This document shows positions 37,901 to 45,900 of a stretch of 64,000 nucleotides of DNA, piece after piece. The number at the start of each line of letters is the position of its first letter. Within the stretch, counting starts at the first letter, position 1. The notes beneath the pieces are model-generated. The model was not told the origin of the DNA. It ran no database searches and saw nothing but the letters and a program-made list of their open reading frames with translations. The translations under genes and the position numbers were made by a program. This DNA comes from Macrostomum hystrix (Eukaryota > Animalia > Platyhelminthes): assembly GCA_950097015.1 (NCBI GenBank), contig CATNEN010000007.1, forward strand, positions 6,572,001 to 6,636,000. Reading direction: 5' to 3'.

Positions 37901-38173
37901 CTAAAAGATCTAGTTACATAGCTAAATATAGATATGTGTAAAATAATTAATTAAATAATTTAACTAGATAAATATAGAAACATGCCAAAAAGTTCCAAAA
38001 ACCAATTAAATACATAATATTTTTATTTAAAACACTTACTGTCTTTTATTCTTCAGATACTTTTGATGTTCCTCAGAGTGACTCTGAGCTAAACTGATAT
38101 TCAGCTGCTCTACTGATCTTCCAGCCTTCGAGTGCTGGACATTTTCTTTGTCAAGTTCCCACTGATTTTCCAT
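7572..38173 (-). CDS. BUB1: BUB1/BUBR1 (MadBub) mitotic spindle-assembly checkpoint kinase, 12 coding exons
   Basis: Phase-compatible exons (minus): 38173-38040, 32055-31996, 31449-31305, 19372-19173, 16659-16433, 12886-12251, 12078-11621, 11438-10521, 10442-9450, 8920-8681, 8601-8141, 7746-7572. Motifs: KEN1 (WELDKENVQH), Mad3/Bub1 TPR (YSGDDPL..YVTWTEENYPSGGK..RYHQDARY..HRGIGTMVAYFW..YEHGIRCRAQP), KEN2 (YKENSTEPRPWN), GLEBS (FMCQIDKLYMGLQEVCFEELRA), CD1 (PSPTVNTKEAF), ABBA-like (FQVFCD, FEIFCD), kinase (LASGAFGEVY, VLKWQSP, HADIKPDN, LLDFG). Confidence 0.92.
9075..9385 (-). mobile_element. tRNA-derived SINE family B, near-full copy in a MadBub intron
   Basis: Reverse complement begins gcagagcggttaacgcatttgcctctcgcaccaaggtccctgagctc (tRNA-like head). 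Body matches the copies at 40630, 57425 and 58415. Confidence 0.8.
12150..12230 (-). mobile_element. SINE family B, partial copy
   Basis: gcggctgcgccctaaataaatgtggcgtcgccacggattcgagctc matches the family B 5' region at 9300-9345. Confidence 0.6.
12917..13318. repeat. Minisatellite, 34-nt unit (gattacaggtgggatggataactgactgggtaca)
   Basis: ~11 copies immediately upstream (transcript sense) of the MadBub acceptor at 12887. Confidence 0.95.
13782..14295. repeat. Purine-rich minisatellite, 35-nt unit (tagaggggtagatagatgagaaattaggataagac and variants)
   Basis: Visible 35-nt periodicity. Confidence 0.93.
14980..15900. repeat. G-rich minisatellite, 36-nt unit (gatagattagacaatgggatgagagagggtggggaa)
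   Basis: ~26 copies, with occasional shorter variants. Confidence 0.95.
16705..16940. repeat. Tandem repeat, ~17-21-nt unit (ggacagacagacacctag) with (GACA)n
   Basis: Directly upstream of the MadBub acceptor at 16660. Confidence 0.88.
18148..19150. repeat. Compound minisatellite: 31-nt unit (ctacttaccacgagaacagaaccctgaaccc) switching at ~18725 to a related 27-nt unit (ccctggacccgcactaccaggacagga)
   Basis: Visible periodicity; starts ~22 nt after the MadBub donor at 19172. Confidence 0.95.
19488..20280. repeat. Minisatellite, 23-nt unit (ctagctagctcactctcccctct)
   Basis: ~34 near-identical copies, each containing the palindrome CTAGCTAG. Confidence 0.96.
21500..21645. repeat. Tandem repeat, 39-nt unit (tagaaagcggaagtctttctaagaaactataaaagcatt)
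   Basis: ~3.5 copies within a degenerate tagaaagc-rich tract. Confidence 0.8.
22508..22722 (-). mobile_element. tRNA-derived CORE-like SINE family A
   Basis: Reverse complement: tagcctaggggttaaagcgtcggactcatgacttgaaggtctggggttcgattc (A/B boxes)...tgtcctttacc..cttcagttcacccagg..ccagtccatggactgaacagccgtacgcagcc. Homologous to 29467-29764. Confidence 0.8.
23355..24186. repeat. Minisatellite, 16-nt unit (accgaaacttcacaaa / accgaagcttcacgat)
   Basis: ~50 copies with higher-order blocks. Confidence 0.95.
25418..25579. repeat. Tandem triplication, 54-nt unit
   Basis: cacataactggaactatcagatagtggtcatcttgttaaagtattctgctctga x3. Confidence 0.9.
27672..28840. repeat. Near-perfect tandem array, 116-nt unit x10
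   Basis: Unit ccggcttgccagtccacatcaggga...gagatttgctaaaca recurs at 27672, 27788, 27904 ... and the array ends with a further ccggcttgc at 28832. One substitution seen (~28394). Confidence 0.97.
29467..29764 (+). mobile_element. tRNA-derived CORE-like SINE family A, full-length
   Basis: A box (agcctagtggttagggcg), B box (gggttcgattcc), CORE-like tgtgtcctttagcaagatacttcagttcacccagctgttaaatgggtacc, and an (ATT)n-like tail. Confidence 0.82.
30031..30553. repeat. Tandem array, 52-nt unit x10 (gcaccagatcccaaactagctcctccgtattgaccgggacagatacacgcca)
   Basis: Visible 52-nt periodicity. Confidence 0.96.
33409..34734 (-). CDS. STOM: Stomatin/MEC-2-like SPFH (band 7) membrane protein, intronless, nested in MadBub intron 1
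   Basis: Continuous ORF; first ATG at 34734 (MAKGVSF..). Hairpin membrane segment IIALVAVTFPFSFLVCLKVIAQYERAVVFRFGR, SPFH core (VDLRTMTFDVPTQEVLTKDSVTVAVDAVVYYRI; LLAQTTLRNVLG; WGVKVERVEIKDVRLP; QRAMAAEAEAAREARAKVIAAEGE; ALQLRYLQTL..ISAEKNSTIIFPLP). Minus-strand AATAAA at ~32874-32879. Confidence 0.93.
   Translation of the reverse strand: MAKGVSFSSDTRFKSKSAAAAAEPASDDSDEEEAVDADSDEHIASSSPNKNGNRRRGGGGSGGSGGVGGSGSGGSSRHQRLQRSFSLVPERLGRSGLGGSLQSQRHMQFCEAAMKALIIALVAVTFPFSFLVCLKVIAQYERAVVFRFGRILSSEANGPGLIFIMPCMDNIKKVDLRTMTFDVPTQEVLTKDSVTVAVDAVVYYRIFDPVMSVVNVEDSNRSTKLLAQTTLRNVLGTVSLYELLAGRDESALVMQETLDAATDTWGVKVERVEIKDVRLPTQLQRAMAAEAEAAREARAKVIAAEGEEKASKALKAAAIELSECNVALQLRYLQTLCSISAEKNSTIIFPLPIELLKYFQQQPQSAHVGNEDDDELPTKPRYTVTDSSDRRHYQQSQHHHHQHSSGLLQPHCGGSPSSCSRPVTVSSPSRSASKTSFGSGC
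35745..36020 (+). mobile_element. Penelope-like element reverse transcriptase relic
   Basis: KIHKSGHPLRPIVSMINTSEYELAKFL..SVNSNREFIESL..DKLYSFDVVSLY, then a frameshift to (T)NIPLKFSIELATDLVY; typical PLE RT N-terminal motifs. Confidence 0.8.
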
Positions 38174-39365
38174 TTGCTTGATTTAAAGCTACTTATAAAA
38201 TTTTGAACTGAAAAGAGCACTCAAGGTATAGTTTTTTATATCAAGATATTGTTACGCAAAATAAATATTTTCCTTTGAGTGATGCATTCATACAATGAAT
38301 CGACTTCGTTGTTAAAGACGATGGATGTACGCACGTGTCCCTGAACTAAACATTTTAAAACTGCGTCATTTCTCACGGGTTTGTCGTTAAAACTCTTTAG
38401 CCAAGCCAAGTCAAGATATATACATTTTAACAAATATATACGTAGAGATCATTCGACGATACCGGTTTTACAGCAGGAGCCATCAGGCGGGCGAGTCCAC
38501 CTATGTCACTGATGTGCGATGCAAATCAATATATCAAGGACCACGTAGTAAAACCAAGGACCACTGTAGTATAACAGTTATACTACAGTGGTCCTTGAGT
38601 AAAACTACTCTGTTATAATACAGTGGTTGTTGTGACTTAAGAATTCAACCGGACTTGAATGTACTCTATTAACTTATCGTTGCGCAATGTACGTCCATTT
38701 TCCTATGCGTGCGTGGGCCGTGTGTGTTACCTGCACGTGCGACAATCTTTGATAATCATTTATTGCGATGTTTTCGCATTTAAAACATATAAAAAAGGCT
38801 TTTCTTCTCACTAGGGGCAAGAAGATCACGCCAAAAGGTGCAAATCGATACATTTTTCTCAAAAGGGAGAAATCGAGTTGGGCTCCGAAAAAAGATGGAC
38901 TCGTGCATGACATTCATAAATAATTACGAGTAAGTTATAAACTCGTAGTTTATAACTTAAATAATTTGTAAAATTCCAATTAGACATTTCTCTATGTCGA
39001 GTTTATCCACTTCGTAAGAAAATTATCGCCACAGTTGGCAAATGACCTGTGTGTCAAATTGGACAAAATAGTTCTCCGTGATTGAGAAGCGGAATAAAAA
39101 GAATAATCGCAATGGCCTTTTTATATGAAAAACAAATAAACTGTTAAGCAACTTTTTTTGGTAGACAGAAATCCGAGTGACCAAGCTTACGAAAATTGCA
39201 GCCAATTAAATCAAATCACATTTCCTTCCTAAGCAGCTGCAGTCTTGATAGTTTTTGTAGCCTTTTTGGAGATCAAAACAACTATTTTGCATCAAAACAT
39301 TATTTGTTTCGTGAATTTTCTTTTCTATACCTTCAAGATCAGAGGCTTCGACTTTGAACTTCGAT

Positions 39366-39691
39366 TCAGAAAACACCTTTCAACGCAGCTGACAAAACGA
39401 TTGACGCGATACTTCCGTACAGCGGGGCTGAAACTTGCGTGCCAGATTTCTTGCCAACTCCTGAATTGGTAGCTTTTGTGACTCTTGGTGCGGCCTTTGA
39501 TGCGGTCGTTGGTGCGGGCGCTTCTGTGCTCTGTGCCGAATGAGTGCAGATAAGCAGCCAGTTTGTCAACAGCAAAGCTTAAAGGATTAAAAATAGAAGT
39601 TTTATTAAACAGATTTTTGCAGCTGTGAGAGGTAACAAGATGAGCACAGACTATAATTCTCACCCGTCAGCAGCAGAATTTTAGCCATCAT
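39366..39691 (-). CDS. Predicted 79-aa secreted/GPI-anchored Ser/Thr/Ala/Pro-rich microprotein (two exons)
   Basis: Exon 39691-39664 (MMAKILLLT+G|gtgag), 86-nt intron ending tttaag, exon 39577-39366. Joined: MMAKILLLTALLLTNWLLICTHSAQSTEAPAPTTASKAAPRVTKATNSGVGKKSGTQVSAPLYGSIASIVLSAALKGVF*, i.e. hydrophobic signal, S/T/A/P core, hydrophobic C-tail. Confidence 0.6.
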
Positions 39692-40139
39692 TCTCAGATA
39701 CAAGCCGCTAGTTTTATCGAGTTTAGGATTTGAGTCCGGCGGCAACTGAAGTTAGCGGCATACTCGGCAGCCGCTCGTATTTGTACTCAATCGGGTGCGC
39801 AGTTCATCTCGCTCTGGTTTAGTGGCTGGTATTCATGAATTCCTTTATGCGCGCGAAAAAATATGCGCATCGGTTTAATCGGCCTTGACTTGCAAAGACA
39901 CTGACGACAACAAACCTTCTCGTTAGTAGTTGAGAATAGTTAAAAAATTGCTATGCTAGCAAAAGTTTATCTTCTTAACACCAAGCGAATTAAAAATTCC
40001 GGAAAATTAATATTTTAAGCCAATAATCTTAAACTCGAAATTATCTACACGGAGCGCAATTTACCAAGCTTTCTCAATAAATAAGAGTTTGCTCTTAAGT
40101 TAGTTATAATTTTGATTTAATTATCACCAACAAAATGCT

Positions 40140-41150
40140 CGCCGAAGCTGCAGAAATTGCCCGCAGAAAGGCATGCTTCACTCGGCATTGTATATTGAGT
40201 AATCCGCCTCCAATGCACAGTGTCCATTTTCGGCGCAATGGCCTCAGCGGAAGAGCATGTCTGCACGTCCCGGTTTTCTGTGATAATTTGAAGTCGCAGA
40301 ATTCGGGACGGTGAACTCAGTACATGCAGGGATTTCTGGATTAGAATTTTGAACAAGAAATTCGGGACGGATTGGACACGGATATTATTTGGATGAGACA
40401 AAAAGGGATAAACAACCAACATCTTCTATCGAAACGACCAGCAGACAGTCAAGCCTCATCGACTGCTTTGCCGACGGCTCCACGATGAACGGTATCTCGG
40501 GAGGTTTTTCATTCCGACAGCCAGGCTGCCCTCAGGGCTCTCGGCCGTACCAACTCCAGAGCCATTCTTGACTGCAATCCTAAACTCAACAGGCTGGGCA
40601 GTCCAACTCTGTGGTGCGGAAGGGAATTCCTAACGCGGCGAGGCCACATTAAATTGGGGCGCAGCCGCGAAGATAAGGCTCGGTGGCTTGTCGTGCAATT
40701 TATGCACTTAAGGGCCAACCTATAGTGAAAGTGTACACTGCGTGACGATGAGACAATCAGGGCAGATGTACATACCTTGGTGAGCGTACGCCTGCGTACA
40801 GTGTATGTGTGCGTATGTGCTCAGGAGTCAGCGAAACCGGGGGCAGAATGGCCTGCGGGTCTAGTGTCACCAAATGTGCGATTGCCCGTAGCCTTCCTGC
40901 AAATATTATTGAAACTGTCGCCAGTTTAGGGCCGCGTACCCTCTCCCTCGCACAGCCTGCGTAATAAATAAGACCCTTCTAAAGACCAATCGCAGGCACG
41001 GCTGTTTCTCCTGTCACCGCTTCCTCCAGGGCCAAGCACCAGGCGAGCCGGTTTCGTTTTGCCATTCCGCCAGCGAAAATGTGGAACACTTTATCTGTCA
41101 ATGCTGGGTTCCCCAGAGCAACATCACCTCACCGGAGGCCGTCTGGTTGC
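40140..41150 (+). mobile_element. Degenerate non-LTR retrotransposon 3' part (RNase H + CCHC finger), interrupted by a SINE
   Basis: Fragments in shifting frames: CFADGSTMNG, FHSDSQAALRAL (RNase H), GHGCFSCHRFLQG, and FRF/CHSASENVEHFICQC (C-terminal Zn-knuckle region). Confidence 0.65.
40630..40910 (+). mobile_element. SINE family B copy inserted in the LINE relic
   Basis: ggcgaggccacattaaattggggcgcagccgc..gtgtacactgcgtgacgatgag..ctcaggagtcagcgaa..ctgcaaatattatt, matching 58415-58750. Confidence 0.8.
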
Positions 41151-42189
41151 CTGGGGCTAGCGAAATGGGCAGCATTGCTTCTCGCTTAACACCAATTGAT
41201 GTGCCCACAGTCATATCAATACTATAATTATCCTACAAATCCCAAAAGGTATTGATTAAGTAAAAGGCAATAAATCAGCAATCAGCATTTTGAGTGAAAC
41301 TCGCGGAGCAGAAAATGGTTTCACGAGAAAGAATTTCCAATTATATAAATTTATTACAGACATGGATGCGTACAATAAGTAAAAGGAAAGGCCGATACGA
41401 TATGCACTTCATAGTGGAGTTACAGGGTGCACAAAATCTGCTTGTAACTTTTCAGGAACCAGAAACTGACAGTGAAGGAAGGAAAATTGAGAGAGTATGA
41501 AAGCACACCTGTTGCAGAAAGTGAGTTGTTTACTTTGTATATTTTAAGATGTTCGATTTTTTGCCGCTTTTTTAAAGCCAATAGGTAAAAAATATAACCA
41601 AGCAATGGTAGGAGAAGGAGTATTGAAAAATACGTGTCCTCTCAGTCTCGACCGGGCTTGATAATGTGAAACGCGCGAGAGGGAACCACAAAAATCATCA
41701 ATTAGGAATGAAGAGGAGTGATACAAACTAACTCACACACCAAGGCTCACCTGGCAGACAGGCGGATCTGTACACGGAAGTTATAAAAAACCCGATTCAA
41801 AAACACAGTCTCACAGAACAGATAGACAGACAGACCGATAGAAACGAGACAAACGGGTGCAGAAGCCGAGAGAGAGAGTGTGTGCCAGCACCTGGGCAGT
41901 GATAAAAAAGACAGGCCGAAACACCAACGTTGGTCTAAAAAACCAACGAACAAAGATAAACTAGACTAAAATAAACTATATTGCTGTTATTCAACACGGC
42001 CGGATGAGGTCGCTAGGAACTTCAAAACCGTTTTCAACTCTAATAGCTTAACCAATATTCGGAGTCAAATTGTTCACTTTTGATAACACGAAGTCATCAT
42101 CTAGGCAGCTGCCTAATGTAGGATACAATAAAACTTTAAATAGAAATTTAGAATAAACTGTAAAAGAATAGGACCGAGCGACATAACAT

Positions 42190-42820
42190 GACCACGGGGT
42201 ATTTCAAATAGCCTGTTTTCTTTCTTCTGTATGTCAACCATTCGCCATTAAAATCATAAACACGGACTAAAATTTGACACTCTATCCGATGAAACAACTT
42301 CCAGAATCACAAAACATCGCCATAGTCGAGATATTCAAAGATTCTCATCAAGGTGTCTGATGACAAAAACCACAAATATAGACATATTTTTTCGCTCACA
42401 AAAGTTCAAGGTGTAACCATGTTGGCTATTATTGTTGATTATATTCTATTGATTGATCATTGAACCAATATGGCTATTATTGTTGATTATATTCTATTGA
42501 TTGATCATTGAACCAATCTGGCTATTATTGTTGATTATATTCTATTGATTGATCATTGAACCAATATGGATTCGCCATTGAGGTTTATATAGAGCAGTGT
42601 TAGCCTTGTCACCAGGGTCTTCGACAATAATTGCAGAATATCTAGACGATGCTGATGTCGGACGGCTTTGAAAATTAGTTCATTGTAAATGGCGGAAACT
42701 TTTATCTATATTGATGAACTTTCACGATAATCGGTCATTCCGCTTTTGAGCTATCGATAAGCAGGCAGTGGGCATTTGAAATGCCCCTGCGTTGTCTTTC
42801 CGCTGGGGGAAAATAGCGAG
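42190..42820. mobile_element. Foldback/MITE-like element with long imperfect inverted repeats (contains a 48-nt triplication at 42424-42570)
   Basis: Left accacggggtatttcaaat..catcgccatagtcgagatattca is inverted to right gaatatctagacgatgctgatg..atttgaaatgcccctgcg. Homologous copy at 47430-47880. Confidence 0.7.
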
Positions 42821-42918
42821 GTCTTTGTACTGTAACACAAACAAACAAGTCAGAAATTTTAGAAAAGAGGGAAGGAAATAAAAGTGTCAGAGTAGCGCGC
42901 TTTCATCATTCAGTCGCT

Positions 42919-45900
42919 TCACTGGCCGCGTTTCTTCTGCATTCTGGGCGGCAGATTTCTCTGAAAGTTGGTGCGGCCGCCTCCGTCGCCTCCAGGGCCG
43001 CCTGAGCCGCCACCGCCGTATCTATGGCCATCGAATCGGCCGCCCCCGCCGCCGCTGCTACCGGCGTAACGGGGGCCGCCGTTGTTGTTCCTGTACCAGG
43101 ATTTGTTATGATGCCTGTTCCAGCTCCGTTTAACCTCGATAAACTCATCTTTAACATCGTGGTAGGGTTTTTCGTCCATGTCTCGCCAGTCTTCGAAATG
43201 CTCCCAGTCGTTGGGCTCGACTCTGGTTGCCGAGCGCTGTGGCGCCCTGGCGGCGGCGCTTTGCGACTGGCCAGCCAAGTTGATGCCCTGCGAGAAGCTG
43301 AAATTCGGCATGAACTGATGGAAGTAGCGGACGAATTGCTCGTGGAAACAGTTCTTGAGCTCATTGACATAGGTCCTTTGCTGCTTGTTGTGCTCCCAGA
43401 TCAGCTTGGCGATATCAGTCTCGATGGCCTTCTCCAAGCGGTCGATCATTGACTGAAAATGCCGTCGGCGCGTCTGCAGTACATCCCGCAAGTCGCTGAC
43501 CCCGCCGCCGTCTTCGTCACCGGTGCTGTCGCCTCCGCCGTCGTTCTTGGCTGGTAGCAGCACCTCCAGTTCGTCCAGCTTGGCGTTCCAGTGGCGCTGT
43601 TTCTCCAAGAAGTCAGTCACAAGACTGGCAAAGTATTTGAAGGCAACCAGGCGCTGCAGGTGGAGGTCGGAGGCCTGGTGAGCGGACACCGAAGGCAGCT
43701 TGATCTGCGGATGCGAGGAGAGGAGAGGAGCATAGTTCGAGAACAGAATTTTAAATCTACATCCCCGCAGTCCCGCATTCTGAATCTACACCCGCATTCC
43801 AGTTCTACATTAGCATTCCAATTCTACACCCGCATTCCAGTTCTACATTAGCATTCCAATTCTACATCCGCATTCCAATTCTACATTAGCATTCCAATTC
43901 TACATCCGCATTCCAGTTCTACATCCGCATTCCAATTCTACATTAGCATTCCAATTCTACATCCGCATTCCAGTTCTACATTAGCATTCCAATTCTACAT
44001 TAGCATTCCAATTCTACATTAGCATTCCAATTCTACATCCGCATTCCAATTCTACATTAACATTCCAATTCTACATCCGCATTCCAATTCTACATCCGCA
44101 TTCCAATTCTACATTAGCATTCCAATTCTACATCCGCATTCCAATTCTACATCCGCATTCCAATTCTACATTAGCATTCCAATTCTACATCCGCATTCCA
44201 ATTCTACATCCGCATTCCAGTTCTACATCCGCATTCCAATTCTACATTAGCATTCCAATTCTACATCCGCATTCCAGTTCTACATTAGCATTCCAATTCT
44301 ACATTAGCATTCCAATTCTACATTAGCATTCCAATTCTACATCCGCATTCCAATTCTACATCCGCATTCCAATTCTACATCCGCATTCCAATTCTACATC
44401 TGCATTCCAATTCTACATCCGCATTCCAATTCTACACGGGATTTCCCCAAAGCCCTCAAATCACGCACCATGAAGCCGAAGCTGGTAGACGCATGCGGCA
44501 GGTCAAGCTCGTCCTCGTCGTCGGGACGCAGCTGCAGGCCGCAGACACCGCAGAACTCTTCAGTGGGCACAAACTGGCGCAGAATCTCGGGCAAGCTTTC
44601 CGGATCCAGCGTAGGCGAGAGGCGAGCAGCTTTAGCAGCCGCAGCCGCCGCCCTCTGTGGACGGTTGATGAGGCTGTTAAGAAGGCTGACGAGGCGTTCA
44701 TAGTAGGGTTGACTGGGCTTGTGTTTTTCATAGAAATATTCAATTTCCACTAGAAACTCGTTGATAGCCGGCAGGATGACCGGGTGACGAGTCTGGAACT
44801 TGGCCCGGGTCGGGAACACGTTGGAGATGAAGAGGATGATGTAGTCGTTGTACTTAAAGCGGTCCTCCATGCGCTGAGCATAGTCGCGAGTGATGCTCTG
44901 TCGGTGACTTTCATCCAGCCGTTTGGTGCGCGCCATGCGGTGCTGGTGCAGCAGGCGGCCAAGGCGGAGCAGGAAGCCGGCGGCCAGGGCCATGTCGCGG
45001 AACTGCTCCGGAGTCTCATAGTCGCCCTCGTGCTGATAGGCACAGCGGCCGCTGCTAGACTCGATGCTGAGGGCCATCAGGCAGCTGGAGTCGCCCTGGT
45101 ACTTGCCGGGACAGAAGGCCTGCTTTAGAGCGTCTTTTTGCAGGAACAAGAAAAGCCACGGGAAGGCGTCACCAATGAGCTCATGGCAGAAGTCGTGCAC
45201 GCATTGGCTGGCCTCCTGCGGGGAAAAAATAATGGAAGCTGCGTAAGTTAGTCACAAAACACTGTCCCAGAACTCGCACCATCGGCTAACCGAACCCACC
45301 GGTCTGGACACAGTGGCCACTTTGTCAGGCCTGCCGGATAAGTGCAGCAGGCGTCGCGCCTGCGGATGCCCGGCCGGCCTGAGTTGCAAATCCATCAGGC
45401 GAGACTTCTCCGTGAGGCCCAGGAAGCTGTAGGTCCTCCTAATTACGGCCTGGTTTGGCGCCGAGCAGCGATCGTCGAAGTTGATGACCAGGTCGCCCAG
45501 CAAGCGTAGCGGTAGCAGCAGCTCGCGCATCCACACGGACCGGCTGTTCGGCTCATAGTCCAGAATGGACTCATTGTGGCAAACGATTCTCAGGATGTAC
45601 ACCAGACCGATCTCGCAGCTGATCTTGCGCATCTGCACGAACGCCTGCTGCAGACAGCGAATGTCCTGGGTGACGTCTCCCAGCAGTAAGCGGCAATAGC
45701 CGGCGTCCTGGTGAGCCGCCACCAGCTCCGCTTTGCCGACTGCAATCTCCAGGGCGGCTTTAGCTTTGCTCTGCGTCTCCGGAGTGGGTCTCCGCTGCCA
45801 GCGTGCGTAGGCGTGCTCAGCTAGCGCCGTCGCGCACTGCGACAGCAGCTGGTCGTCGTCGGCCTGTTGGCAAAGAAGAATATTTGGGATTACACTAAAT

